From: Eledone cirrhosa
Taxonomy: Eukaryota
Assembly (NCBI GenBank): GCA_964016885.1
Contig: OZ024742.1
Span: forward strand, 208,506,001-208,570,000
Length of the DNA stretch: 64,000 nt
Direction: 5' to 3'
Made by a program: the position numbers and the translations under genes. Shown piece after piece: positions 43,150-56,853 of the stretch. The stretch's first letter is position 1; each line of letters begins with the position of its first letter. The notes below the pieces were generated by a model. That model ran no database searches. It was not told the DNA's origin and saw only the letters and a program-made list of their open reading frames with translations.

Positions 43150-43618
43150 ATCTCTATAAGTTTTTTTGATTTATTATTTAATTCATTTATTAATTTATCT
43201 TGGACATAAATATTTAAATAAATGTCTATGATATCATTTCCATTTATCTTTATTTAACCGTACATCTTCAAATAATAATTGCTATACTATTAAATAACCA
43301 TATAAACAAATATACGATTTTATACAAAAAAACAAATACAGTGATAACCAGATATAAAGCAAATGATATTTTGAAACATAAAATAAACAAGTAAATCTAA
43401 CGGCATAAATATACGCGTCACTTATATACACTCAAATATACATTTCTAGTTACATTAATTCGTATATATGAATGATGAGCGACATTTGCACCTGAATATA
43501 TCTAGATAATCATCAAACCACTCACATATCTATCTATATAAACACACCCACATAGCCATACAAACAGTGACACATTGCAAAGACTCGCACAGGCATACAT
43601 ACACATATACACACACAT

Positions 43619-43657
<39 letters not shown>

Positions 43658-43660
<3 letters not shown>

Positions 43661-44230
43661 AGCGAAATCTGTCCACACTTTGGACCTTGGGTGAGACCTA
43701 AAGGTCAAAATCTATGTCACCACCCTTATGGTGTGAACAGGCTCATGCGTGGGCTATCCGCTTAAGGTGGGAGACAGAAATCGTCAGATATATAAAGCCT
43801 ATATTGTCCCACTTTAAACACAAAGAGATCGGAGCACTGCGATACAGACAAGCTATGTAAGTATTCACCGCTATCTACAGGCCACAGTGGTCTACTGTCA
43901 ATTACAGACCATTATAACTATTTCTTACCAATACCTCTTCGTTAAATTGGTGACCCCCGACGTGATTAGAAAAAAAAATAATACAAAGTGGTATTTAAAA
44001 AAAAGAAAACCACACGCAGCCTTTTTGGATCTGATCATGGCTTCTTTTGCCAATATCAACAACTTTCTCTTACCAAGCTTCTCCTCTGTATTCTACGATA
44101 TGATAAAACTTCACTTTTTCAAATTATTCACCAAACCTCCACCTACGGAATATTTGCAGTGACTTCGCTTTTATGTTTCGATTCATTACCAAACACTTCA
44201 CTACTTGCTTCGTAATCTCCAACAATAACA
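43658..44230 (+). mobile_element. Gypsy-like LTR + tRNA-Trp primer-binding site + decayed internal start
   Basis: TG start at 43658; TATATAAAG at 43789; TGGTGACCCCCGACGTGAT at 43948-43966 is complementary (one extra C) to the tRNA-Trp 3' end. Confidence 0.65.
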
Positions 44231-44488
44231 GACAATACTACTAGCTTCCTAGCAAGAAAACGATCACATAAAGAAGAGAAAACCGAACTTTTTCTTAAAG
44301 AACAATTATATAAAAAAAGATTTTTACAGTTTATATATGAACGTTCATTTTATTTATTATTATATGCCTGTATCAACATACACGTTTTACATCAAACACG
44401 CATCATTTTCTTTGTCACACACCAACATATTTTTGTCTATGGTGTATTCTGGATACGACGGGTCTCAGCGAGATCGCTTTTCAACTGG

Positions 44489-44727
44489 TCGAGGTACGGC
44501 AACAGCTATTAAACACACGAGAAACACACCCACGGGTACTACTCGCTTTGACTCACTCAAGCACGCAACTCAAAATTGCACTCACTCATGTCATAGCATA
44601 AACCTCGACTCACTGGAAAAGCATCTTACGTATGATAATACATTGACATACAACGGTTCGAGATACGGCAACAGTTATTAAACACATGATAAAAAACCCA
44701 CGGTTACTACTTGCTTGAACTCACTCT
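44489..44727 (+). repeat. ~70-bp direct repeat, 169-bp spacing
   Basis: 44489-44558 matches 44658-44727. Confidence 0.8.
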
Positions 44728-44739
44728 ATTATTCCTATT

Positions 44740-46357
44740 ATTCCTATCGCAAACAACTTCTCCAATCCAATTCCTTCTATAGATAACACTAGGTCACTCA
44801 TTAATAATCTCTCTAATTGCAACTGCCGCATTAAAAATAAATGTCCTCTCAACAACCATTGTCTCGATAAAAACTTAATTTATGAATGTAAAATTATAAC
44901 TAGCACCAATTCCTTCACCTATTTTGGCTCCACTTCCACCTCTTTTAAAGCTCGTCTCTATAATCATCATTCATCTTTCAAATACAAACTTAAAAGAACC
45001 AACACTGCTCTCTCAGAACTCATATGGTCCTTAAAAGACAAAAACATTAAATATACCATCTTTTGGAAGAAGGTTTCTTCTGCATCCTCATACTTGAACA
45101 GCTCTCTATATAAAATCTGTAATCTCTACCTAAATGAAAAATTTACCATTATCTCTAACCTAGATTCTATAATAAATAGACGTACAGATTTGTTTTCTAT
45201 CTGCCTGCATAAATTCCATAGAACTTTTCACAAAGTATACAGTTAATATTCAATTCTTTATCAATTTAGAATCTTTTCTCAAAGGCACATATACATACAC
45301 CTCTTTAAAATATACCCATCTTCCTACCATACTTTAAAGGGCTTTATACACTCTATAATACTTGTTTACTCATTACCCTCATTCTATCTTCACCTTGTAA
45401 AATCATTCATAACATATACATCTGTTTTTTGACGTTAGAATATTCATCCGCAATCATTATTTTTTTCTCTCTATCATAAATCTTTTTAATCTCAATTTCA
45501 TCCTTAATTTATTATTTTTTTCTCCCCATCAACGAACTCATTCTTAATACATATTAACTCTATTCGCATATATTATCAATTCCTCCAATATACAAACTTT
45601 AACTTCACATTATTTTTCTCAAATCCTTCTACACACAAACCTTAATAATTTTTCTCTTCGTTAATTTTGAAATTGCCCCAACATACCCTTTTTTGACGTT
45701 AGAATATTCATCCACAATTATTATTTCTTCTCTCTATCTTCATACATAAATTCCCTTCGTTAATTTTCAAATTCCTTTAATTTATACATTATCTTCCAAC
45801 GGTTTCTCAACCTCTCTATGTAAAACAATATATCTTTCTCTCAGTTATAAAAACTATCTCTTTCTCTCTATCACCCATCTCTCCCTCTCCACCTTCACTC
45901 TCATCTCCTCCCCCTTTTTTTCATCCTTTCCAGCCCCCCTACCTAAATAAAATACTTTTTCCTCGCACATATCCTCCTTTCGTTAATTTTCAAATTTGTT
46001 TAATTTATACATTATCTTCCAACGGTTTTCAACCTCTCTATGTAAAACAATATATCTCCTCTCAGTTATAAAAACTATCTCTTTCTCTCTATCACCCATC
46101 TCTCCCTCTCATCTCCTCCCCTTTTTCATCCTTTCCCCCCCCCTCTCTAAATAAAATATTTTTCCCAATATCACACATCAATCTAAAACCACTTTTCATA
46201 TGTTGATTTAAAACTGCACTATCCACAAGTGTTTTTTAGCCTTCATATCATGTTCTCCTGTTTTATCTGATGAAAACACAAATATTATTGCATGATGATG
46301 TTTGTTTTTGAAATGCGCATAATAAAATACATGGAACTCCTTTAACCATCTTTTGAT

Positions 46358-46360
<3 letters not shown>
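44740..46360 (+). mobile_element. Hydra-like PLE 3' part (EN, internally duplicated 3' UTR, HHR)
   Basis: CNCRIKNKCPLNNHCLDKNLIYEC...YFGSTSTSFKARLYNH...LSELIWSLKD...CLHK (44818-45245); UTR duplications 45427/45690 and 45753/45977. Confidence 0.87.
46261..46327 (+). ncRNA. Type I hammerhead ribozyme, intact core
   Basis: ttttat CTGATGA aaacacaaatattat...gatgtttgttttt GAAA tgcgca TA ataaaa; palindromic ATGCGCAT. Confidence 0.85.
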
Positions 46361-46422
<62 letters not shown>

Positions 46423-46444
46423 GCATATATATATATATATATAT

Positions 46445-47230
46445 ATTTCGTTTTTGTATTTGTTTAGCAATATTCTTTATCTGAAAACGTGTGTTGAAAC
46501 CGATATTGTTATACTTTGGGAGGGTCATGCACCAGTCGATTTCACTCCAATGTATTATAAATTTAAGAAATTGATAACTTTCGGTTGGTTGGTTGGTTCC
46601 ACAACCGGACGGTTATTCATATATCGTCAAAGTTCTTTCGCCACACATTCTGTGACCTCATCAGTGACCGGGCATTATTTTCTTTGTTTTGTGCCTCTCT
46701 TTTGTTCTGTCCTACGCCATCTTGTTTTTCTGTGTGTTGTGTGCTTAGTTTGCGCACGTGTTACATCCGGGTGTCTGTGTGTGTTTTTAATTATTTATTT
46801 ATTTGCTTATTTACATGTTTCTAGTTGGTTGTTTGTTCTATGTGTGTGTGTGTGCGTGTTTTCATTTTGTCCTTAATTGTAAGTTGTGATGTTGCTATTC
46901 CAGTCATGTTTTCTATTTAATTTTGGTTGGACCTCATTTATGTTTATTGCCTCTGTTATTTGTCTAAACATTGCGTCTTTTCTGTGTGTAGATTTTACTT
47001 TTATTTCTATGTTCTCTAATTTGCCCTTATGTTCTATTTTAGCATGTTGGTGGAGTACTGATTAATCTTTTCTTTCCTGAAGCTCTAGCCAGTGTTCATT
47101 TAATCGTTCTCCTATACTACGAGCTGTCTCACCTAAGTAAACTATATTCTTATCTTTATATTGTCCCTCAGTACATCTTATGCTATAAACTATGGTTCTC
47201 TTTTTGCAGTTAATATAGGGGCTTAGTTTA
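46445..47230 (-). mobile_element. Neptune-like PLE 3' end (GIY-YIG EN, UTR, HHR)
   Basis: [13 protein letters not shown]...[17 protein letters not shown]...SVLHQH...RQITEA. Confidence 0.85.
46626..46668 (-). ncRNA. Type I hammerhead ribozyme
   Basis: Minus strand gtca CTGATGA g-gtcaca-gaatg-tgtggc GAAA gaactt tgac. Confidence 0.78.
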
Positions 47231-47267
47231 TAGGTTATGCATTTCTTATCTATACAGGGATATATAT

Positions 47268-47397
<130 letters not shown>

Positions 47398-47412
47398 GGA
47401 TATATATATATA

Positions 47413-47660
47413 TAGTGGTTAGTGGTTAGCGCATTGGGCTTGCAATCGAAAGGCTGTGAGTTCAATTCTCGGAACGGTGATGTGTTGTTTCCTTGAGCAA
47501 GAAACATTATTTCACGTTGCTCCAGTTTACTCGGCTGTAGAAATGAGTACCAGTCTGCCCGTCCAGCTACCGGGATTGCGTTATCTTATGGCTAAAACAG
47601 CACGTCGTGCTGTGACCAGCGGCGTCGATTGGTGCCCGACTGACTGGTCGGTCAAGGTGT
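47413..47660 (+). mobile_element. tRNA-derived SINE family B (CORE-like)
   Basis: tggttagtggttagcgc A box, gagttcaattctc B box, ccttgagcaag...ctgtagaaatgagtacc CORE-like block. Confidence 0.7.
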
Positions 47661-47711
47661 TCAACGTGATATATATGTATATCATATATATATATATATG
47701 TATACCAAGGT

Positions 47712-47768
<57 letters not shown>

Positions 47769-47846
47769 CGTTTCTGAATTTGTTTAGCAAGATTCTTTAT
47801 CTGAAATCGTGTGTTTCTTATTGGCAACATGACCCTCCCAAAGTAT

Positions 47847-47899
<53 letters not shown>

Positions 47900-48118
47900 A
47901 ATGAAAGGCAGAATCAACTTATACTGATACCCTGTAATTAACAAGCTCAAAGTATAAATACTGAGCATTTAAATAATATATGTAGTAATAAACTGAGTAA
48001 ATCGTGTGTCTAAAATTACGAGGGTTGAAATACCACATTTGTTTGAGAAATTTAATCAGAAGCAAACGGAATATACATAAAATAAAATACATACAGACCG
48101 CCTAAATAACTATTACAT

Positions 48119-48200
48119 CTCCCGGACATTATGGATCTAATCTGTTTCGCCGGGAGGTTTGTGTTTGTAACAGATAATCCGTGGGCATCATCAGCGAGAG
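48119..48200 (-). ncRNA. Type I hammerhead with extended stem III (monomer-type)
   Basis: Minus strand ctctcg CTGATGA t-gcc...ggc GAAA cagattagatccataat GTC cgggag. Confidence 0.8.
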
Positions 48201-48466
48201 AATAGATTAAATGAAACAAATACCCAAGCCAAAAGCCACACGAATGAATATTTCACCTCGTGTGCTAGAAGTCACATATATATATATGTATACAGATGCA
48301 CAGTAGTTGTATATACATACATACATGCACACATATATATATATGTACGTATGGGTTTACCGAACATTTATTATAATGCTCGGTTTGTTTGTAAACAGCT
48401 CGAATTATTAGTCGTACAGTGTTCGGCAACCATCGTTGCCATTTTGTTCAACACTGACAAAGGAAC

Positions 48467-48505
48467 GAGGAACTAGTTTCTAGCTTATTAGCTGTCATCA
48501 GCACA
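48467..48505 (-). ncRNA. Hammerhead motif with decayed stem I
   Basis: Minus strand gtg CTGATGA c-agct-aata-agct-a GAAA ctagtt cctc; palindromic ACTAGT. Confidence 0.6.
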
Positions 48506-48736
48506 GTATACCATCATGTCAGTTGATTGAACGTTTGAAAGTATATACTTTCCTTATGCATATTATCGACTGGGCAGCCTAATTTGCATATCGAGTGAGT
48601 TAGTCGGCCGGGCTTACCGAAAACGATAAATGGAAAAAATGAAATTTGATTTCTCACTCTTAGTACGGCTGATACTTAAACATAAGTATGTATACGTACA
48701 GTCTTTCCTCACTTTGAAAAATATCTTCACTCACAT

Positions 48737-48815
48737 GCATTGCACGATAGAATTAATTAATAATTATTAATAATGGTATATCGGTATATCGCAATAATGG
48801 TATATCGTGCAATGC
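48737..48815. mobile_element. Possible tiny hAT-Ac-like MITE
   Basis: GCATTGCACGATA ... TATCGTGCAATGC with internal gatatac/cgatata motifs; no clear TSD. Confidence 0.35.
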
Positions 48816-50442
48816 CCATACTCGATAACCATGGGGCAGCCATCATGTATGTATGTACGTATGTATGTATTGGATCTTCCATCTTTATACATCGATGGAA
48901 TGTTTGACACCTTGTGTATTTCGGATAGAGTAGTGGCTGGTTATATATATATATCGACTGGATACTTGCCCCCTCTTCACCGCCCTCTCTTCCCAACTTT
49001 TCAACTGCCTCTCCTTCCCACCCGGACCACTTCCTCTCCACTTTACCTTGGACATAAAATCCCTTTACACCGTCATCCCCCACTCCGACGGCCTACGCAC
49101 CCTCCAACACTAAATTGACCTTCGTCCCCCACCATCCACTCCACCTCTACCTTTCTCCGCCTCGCCGAGCTGGTCCACCCCCTTAACTGCTTCTCCTTCT
49201 CGGGTGAATTTTACCAGCAAGTCACTGGGATAACTATGGTCACAAGAAATGGCCCCAACTACGTCACCCTTTTCGTTTGCTATGTTGAGACCCAAATCTT
49301 TGTCCAATACACTGGTACCACCGCCGAACTGTACGGTCGTTATATAGGCGACTCTCGGGGCCACGACTCTCACCCGAGGAGAGCCCGAGTCCTTTCTCTC
49401 TTTCCTCTCCTCCTTCCATCACTCCCTCTACTCACCACCTCCGTCCACCTTTTGGACATCTCCGTCGCCATTGGCCCCTCCAACTGCTCTTTCATCATCT
49501 CCGCTTTCTTCAAACCCATGGACCCACACTCCAACCCCGATTTACCTCCTCGGGCCTCACTCACAGGAAACATGTCCACGCCGCCATCACCAGCGACCAC
49601 GCCGTCCACCACACCACCGTCCTCACAACCCCCACCTCACCCCGGGCCTCCCTTTCCCCTTCAACTATGACCCCCGCCTCCATATACCTCCAACGAACCA
49701 TCCTTCGCCACTTCCGACGACTCCTGTCAGAGCCCCTCCATCTTCCCATCTTCCCACTCCACTCCGACGCCTCCCCTCCTTCAAATGCACACGCAACCTC
49801 CTTGTCCGCGGTTGCCTACCCCCCCATCCCCCGTTCCCCTCGGATCCCTTTCCTGCTCCCACCCCGCTGTCACACATGCCCCCACATCACAACACCACTA
49901 CCTTCCAGGGACCCAATGGTCACTCTCTCTCTCTCTGTTCGGTATTCCTTTCACCTTATCTCCTCACATGTCAACTTCACCTTCTACACACACATACCAC
50001 TCTCACCCACATACACCTGTCTGTCTACACAGCTACTACACTCAGGTACGTACAGCAATACCGCTGGCAGTTCTGTTTTGCCGGCACCACCTCCTCCACT
50101 CCCCTTCACACATTGCCCTGCCATCATTACCCTCACCCCCCACCCCCACCATTTCCGGTCGGGCGTGCAGCAATACCATTTCACTTCCTCATCGTCATTC
50201 TCACCTCTGGAACAGGAATATCCACTTGCATATACTTCCGGATCTTTACCATCCACACACAAACACACACCAACATCTATTCAGAAACTTAGACGCACAC
50301 AGACACTTGCACCATTTTCGCACACACGCAACTACACATTTCAGCCAGTCTGCTAATATGCAAATCAGGCCGATCAGTCACTATAATTTAGAGAGTATCA
50401 TATATTTTCACTAGCTCTGACAGTTGGCAGGTGAACAGTGAA

Positions 50443-50486
50443 CTGTACTGATGAAGGCTAATACCCAGAAACATTAGTGTCTGCAG
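50443..50486 (+). ncRNA. Type I hammerhead ribozyme
   Basis: ctgta CTGATGA aggctaataccca GAAA cattagt GTC tgcag. Confidence 0.8.
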
Positions 50487-50614
50487 GACTGTTTACATGC
50501 CAACACAAGAGCAAGAATGAGGGGCTCATTCTACTGACATGGTTTTAGAAATGAGGCTAGTTTGCATAATCGCAAACGAATCGAATGTTATTATATTATT
50601 ATATTATTAATATT

Positions 50615-50800
50615 GGGCGGTGGATTGGCAGTATCGGTAGAGGGTTGGACGCCACGCTTTCCAGCATAGTTACGTCCCGTTACGATCTGAGTTCAAATCC
50701 CGCTGAGGTTGACTTTGCCTTTCATCCTTACGGGGTCGATAAAATAAAGTACCAGTAATGCATTGGTTAATTGCTGGCCTTGTGCCTAAATTAGAAACAA
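50615..50800 (+). mobile_element. tRNA-derived SINE family A nested in a PLE tail
   Basis: TATTAATATT on both sides; an empty-site version of the tail is at 60445-60486. Confidence 0.92.
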
Positions 50801-50850
50801 TTATTAATATTCGAAAAACTCAGAATACATTTATTATATATATATAGAAA

Positions 50851-51372
50851 AGGTAACACACTAGAGAAAGAGAGAGAGAGAGGGAGAGAGAGAGAGGGAG
50901 AGAGAGAGAGCGTGTGCCATCAATAAAACAGGGAAACCTCCAGTGTATGGATTGTATAACATATGGAAGACAGGGTAGACACACAATAATATAAATTAAA
51001 ATGCCCATACGCACCTCTATAACTATATAACCCACACGTGCAAATCCTATGCATGCTGTCACATCTCTCTGCGGTGTGTTGCAGGACGGTTATCTTATAT
51101 TTTCTTAGAGTTGTCTGGAATGTATTTGTCTTACACGCGCTGATGACCCATAGGCGCTTCCATTTCAGTCAATAATTTCTTGGCGAAACAGATCTCTTTG
51201 GATTTGTACGTGTGTGTTATATAGTTATAGAGGTGGGTATGTGCATTTTAATTTATATTTTTACTTATTGTGTGTCTACCCTGCCTTTCATAGGTTATAG
51301 ATTTCATACACTGGTGGTTTCCCTTTTTTATTGATGGCACACGCTCTCTCTCTTTCTCTACTGTGTTACCCT
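50851..51372. repeat. Inverted-repeat PLE tail enclosing an HHR
   Basis: 50851-51047 is inverted relative to 51200-51372. Confidence 0.8.
51133..51215 (+). ncRNA. Type I hammerhead with 7-bp stems I and III
   Basis: acacgcg CTGATGA ccca...tggc GAAA cagatc-tctttg-gatttg TA cgtgtgt. Confidence 0.8.
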
Positions 51373-51599
51373 TTCAACATATTGTATTTTAATGAGCTCA
51401 GGATTCCTTTTCCTTTGAGCACATAATTTACAAGGAATAACGAGAGTCCATGGCTCCGTTAATTTATATTGATATTTGGCTCCTTATAACAGTCTTTCCT
51501 CTCTCTCTCTGTTTGGTTGAGCACATTTATTTGAGTGGTTTGGGGTTGCCATTTCTTGCAGCTCGACCCTCAGATACCACTGGTTCACTGTCCTATGCA

Positions 51600-52175
51600 C
51601 GCTGGACGTAGTGTTTAAAAACCAAACTATTAAACTGCTCGAATCGAAAACCAAAGAACAGTTGAGGAAGAATGAGCCATTGAACAAATCAAACACAACC
51701 CAAAATGTTCATTTCATTTGCAAAAAAGCACAAATCACTGTCTCCACTGTCTTGTTGAAGAAAATGGCACTCTCTAAGACGATATTAAAACCACGAGTGA
51801 GCTACTACAGAAACAATTCTGCTGGTTTCAACAATGCTAATCTGGCTGTATAGTGATTTTAATCCTCAACACACTATATCTGACATAATGTTGTCTTAGC
51901 GTCATTAAAAGAAATTGAATACAACTCAGCAGTAGACCACGATAGATGTTTTGCTAGTGTTAAGAAGGTGTGCCGATACCAACTTGCATCTACTGTAGCT
52001 AATCTGTAGGGGAATTCACTTGACGCTGGTTATATCCCTGAAAGATTTCTGTTCCAATCTGTCGTCCCAGTTTTTAAAAAGTGAACGAGTTCCTTGCAGT
52101 GAATTACCACCCGATCTTACTCACTTATATTATATGGAGCGAGTGGAAAACGGTGATCCTAGATGAAATCTAATG
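51600..52175 (+). mobile_element. CR1/L2-like LINE RT-proximal fragment, degraded
   Basis: SLDAGYIPERF..SVVPVFKK...NYHPILLT resembles G.VP..WK...V.PIFKKG..NYRPISLT. Confidence 0.6.
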
Positions 52176-52185
52176 GTCTGGCTCC

Positions 52186-52376
52186 TGGAGGATTGGAAGT
52201 GTCGGTAGAGGGTCGGACGCCATGCTTTGCAGAATAGAGTCACGCACCCTTATGATCTGAGTTCAAATCCCGCCGAACTTAACTTTGCCTTTCATCCTAA
52301 CATGGTCGATAAAATAAAGTACCAGTAATACACTGGCATAATTGCTGGCCTTGCGCCAAAAGTAGAAACAATTATT
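52186..52376 (+). mobile_element. tRNA-derived SINE family A
   Basis: Matches the family; B box GAGTTCAAATCC at 52259-52270. Confidence 0.9.
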
Positions 52377-53879
52377 ATACATATATAGATATGTCACGAT
52401 TCGCTTACATCAGTTGTGTAAAAAGTCTAATGCTCTGCTGATCTTGGCCTAATGCCTAGTAAAAAATAAAATCTCGCTTACTGATTTTTTCTTTTTAACT
52501 TTTTTTTATTTACGGGCGCTTTCTGCATTATATGTGTGAAACCTTCTGAAGTTGAATTCATATTTATTGTGTGAACAAAATACATGATTTTAATGTGACT
52601 TGAAACATTTAACTGAATGTATATGATATATATACTATATTAAATTACTGATAAACTGTTATTTTCATTTTTCAAAAATATGAATAGATCCATAATAGTC
52701 ATACTGCGAGAAAATGAGTAAATAGTTTTTATGAAACAACATACATTGAAGTTGAGATATACCAAATCATATATATGGAGGGTCATAATGAAAAAGGAGA
52801 ATTAATTATATAGAGAGATGTCTATATAACAATATATATATATATATATATATAGGCGCCTGTATAAATATAAATATATAGATACTTCTAAACAATAGGA
52901 ACGTTATATGGAAACTTAGAGAGAGAAATACAAATATATTGATACTTATAAAGAATAGAGAATCAGACATATGTAGAGAATTATAGACGAATAGAATGAG
53001 AACTATTGATCGGAACTATGTTTGAAACAGAAGAGAGAAAATGTTAGGCTAAGTCCAAGAGAGAAAGAGAAGAGGGAAAATCAGAAATCGTTTGTATAAA
53101 TTCATTCAAATAGAGTAAGCTAGAGAAAGAGAGAAATGTGTGAGCGTACGTGTGTTGATGCTTTTGCTCACGCATGTGTGTGCGTGTGTGTGTATGTGTG
53201 TCTGTGTGTGCGCGCGTGCGTGTGTGTGCCTGTGCGTGTGTGAAAAATATCTGCAAAAACACAACATGGAACACTTGATAAAAAAACAAAAAGTAACGAG
53301 CGGGAGAGTTGTACAGAAGCCGTTCTCTTGTAAGAAAGAGCCATAAAGGAGAGACAGAAATGAAAGAGAGAAGGAAGTAAAATTGATTTTGAGAAAGGTA
53401 GGAGAGTAATAGAGATAGGAATTATTTTTGTACTCGTGTGCGTACAAAATCGGGAGAGAGAGCGAGAGGCAGAGAAGGGGAAGGAAAAGAGAATGAGATA
53501 TAGAATAAAAGCGCAAAGACAGAGATAGCACGTAAAACAATTAAGGAGCCAAGTGTGATCGGATCAGTTCTTTTATAAACATGAGTTGGGACTATATATC
53601 AGGAAATGCTTGAAAATTGAGAAAGGTTCCTGATTTCTTTGATAGAGCCGGAATTTATGCAAGGTTTTATATAGCGGAGACTGGATGGCGACATATTCCC
53701 TGTACTTAGATCATCGTATCACAATTTTAGATTCCTTGCTGATTTCTGTCCGTTTGTTACTTCTAATAACAAACAGCAATCACACATAATAATAAACTAC
53801 ATGGGAGCAAATATAGATAAATATTAGTTATACAAAAGACGAAAACACACACATACATACATATATACATGTATACATA

Positions 53880-54042
<163 letters not shown>

Positions 54043-54098
54043 ACATATATTTATATACATATATGTATATGTATATATATTAGTGTGGGTTTGTATGT

Positions 54099-54148
<50 letters not shown>

Positions 54149-54617
54149 ATGTGTGTGTATACGCGCACACTCACATAAAATAATAATACATAAATAACAT
54201 ACGAAGCTCAAAAACGCGTGACAGCGAATACATTAAGATGCAGCGTTTCTGCACATGAACAGGTTTCCAATTAGAATCCCATCAGTCGTTCAGTGTTTCG
54301 TGTTATTAATAAGGGAAGGGAAAAAACAGTGAAGGTGGAAAAAGAGACAAAGATAAAGGAAAATGAAGATATATAGAAAGTGAAAGAGGGTGGTAAAGTG
54401 TGAGGAGTGCGAGGGAATTGAAAAGTGTAGATGGACGGATGGTAAGTAATGCTGCATAAAAGCAAGTAATCGGAAAGAAAACAGAAAGGTAGAAATGACC
54501 AATATAATAAGTGAGTGTTTGTGCAAGTGTTTCTGTGTTCGTGCGTATGTGTGTGTGTATGCGCGTGGTGTGTGTGTGAGTGTGTGTTTGTGTGAGAGAG
54601 AGTGAGAGAGAGAGAGA

Positions 54618-54656
<39 letters not shown>

Positions 54657-55570
54657 TGTGTGTGTGAATGAAAGAGTGAGATTCGTTAAAGTGATGGTAG
54701 AGTTTTTATTGCTGTTGATTTTATTTAGTCCCACATCAGCCCAGAAAAAAACTTGCCATATGACCAAGTGCATTCAAGTCGTGATTGTCCGTTCATTTTC
54801 TGAAACACAGTTCAAACAGGGCATTATTCAATGTGTTTTTTTCCTATTTTCAATGATAGTTGGGCGTGATTTAATGGAGTTTTCTAGCAGGTCGTATGAC
54901 TTTGCAAAGGCTCCCTCATCGCCTCTTGGTAATAAAGTAAAACCGTTGAACGTAAGAGAGATGGAGAGGAGGCGGGGAATGAGAGGGAGAGAGAGAGAGA
55001 ATGGGTAGAAGGGAAAGAGATGCTGGAATTGAAAAACAAATCTACACGGTAACAGTGAACGTTAGCACACATATGAGAATATAATTAGACATATTAGACG
55101 TTAATGCTGAAAGAATATATAAATAAGAATATATACATAGATAGAGAAATAGATAGAGAGATAGAGAATGAGACAGACAAACAGAGGAGGAAGAAAATGG
55201 AGAAATTAGATAGTAAAAAATATGCATTGAGAGTTAAGGTTAAAGATGTTAGAAGATGAGCTACAAGAAACATTGTAGATTGTAGATGAGCAACAAGACC
55301 GGGGGTGGGATAATGAGTGTAGGGATATTGTTTAGGTGCTACACATAGAGTTGGTATTAGTTACGGTTGTAGTAAATTTTGCTGCTAAGGATGATAGTGA
55401 TGGTTTTCAGGGTGAAAGTATATACGGAACTACCACAACAGATCAACGTTCTTGTGGTCTAATATTTGTAGTGATTTTGAAAGTATATTATTCATAACAA
55501 GAGAGAAAGGATGAGTGAATGTGAGAGCGAGGGAGAGAGAGAATATGAGAGCGAGGGAGAGAGAGCGAGG

Positions 55571-55643
<73 letters not shown>

Positions 55644-56240
55644 TGATTCAGAGAGAGAGGGTTATAAAATGTTTCTTGCTTTGTATGATAACTAAATCCA
55701 TTACAAAGTAACCTGGCAATCATAATGACAGCTACGTTTCAATACGGACGTGTAAGACAAAATATAGACAAGTGTAAGACAATATGTTATTAATGTGTAA
55801 CTAAAAAATATGAATCAATCAAAATAAAAGTGAGTGTATCAAAATATAGTGGTGTCTATTATTATATTGGTACACATATTGCAAACCACACCTATCTTTA
55901 TATTTTTAAATATAAATATGTATACCATAATAAAATCATGTATATTGCAAGAGAAAGAAATAGAACGTTGGTTCCTAAAATAGGTACAATGAAAGAGACG
56001 CTTAGTCATTTTAATCGGCATCGGTACCTGTTGGGTGGTTTATGCTATCAAACTTGGAATGATAGAATGCATAATTGATCTCATCGAATTTTGGAATCAG
56101 AAGGTATAGGATCGTAACTAAATAAAGCGATGCATATTGTCCGAACAAACGATTCTACCAAGCTATAAAATTCATTTAAATACTCCATGTGAAAAATGTT
56201 TAATATGGGAAATATCTTTCAGTCATTATACTCTCTCACC

Positions 56241-56289
<49 letters not shown>

Positions 56290-56293
<4 letters not shown>

Positions 56294-56640
56294 TAAAATG
56301 AAAAGAAAATGCTGACAAATTGTTCCAGTGAAAAATAGTTTAATTAGGAATAAGGTAAAAATTAGTAATAGTATTGGTTAGTATTCAGTTTTAAGTTTTA
56401 CCGGTTGCGCATTTCTAATGCTTTTCAGAAATAATTTTGAGATAGAGCGCCCGTGATGTTTGCTCTAATCTGATTAGTTTTGGAAATTCTACCTGTTTTA
56501 TGTAAAAAAAAGTGGCTCCAGATGTATGAAAAAATTCTTGTGGTCAAAACAATTTTGATTGGTCGGTTGGTGTCATGTAAATGTTAAAAATTGATTTTGC
56601 GCCAAATGTAGGTTTGTCTCGGCTGATACTTCTATGCTTT
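56290..56640 (-). mobile_element. PLE-like tail, unfolded relative of the 25258 palindrome
   Basis: 56290-56472 matches 25260-25450; the minus strand has a decayed HHR 3' half (AAAActaATCagat). Confidence 0.7.
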
Positions 56641-56703
<63 letters not shown>

Positions 56704-56704
56704 T

Positions 56705-56853
56705 TAATGGTAGCTACGATGCTTCCATAGGCGGGATGCTAGTTGAGCACTCTATGTTCTTACAGAGCAGAGTGTGATATAATATAAAACGAAAAATCAG
56801 TGATGCATCTGGACTCAGTTTATTGTGTGTTACAATTGTTTCGCCGGCAGATA
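56705..56853 (-). mobile_element. PLE tail beginning in the HHR 3' half (family of 60000-60208)
   Basis: Reverse complement of 60135-60205: atctgccggcGAAAcaattgTAacacac. Confidence 0.75.

Larger units (their letters stand above)
48950..50830 (+). mobile_element. Degraded Neptune-like PLE (RT relic, tail with HHR)
   Basis: FTLDIKSLYTVIP, LNCFSFSGEFYQQ, GPNYVTLF, RYIGD (decayed YIDD), FKPMDPHS, PFPFNYDP; the tail is split by a SINE. Confidence 0.8.

Noticed and set aside
47413-47480. tRNA gene
   Set aside because: A/B boxes continue into a SINE body; no intact cloverleaf.
49236-50414. Long Pro/His-rich ORFs
   Set aside because: Off-frame readings of a C-rich degraded PLE.
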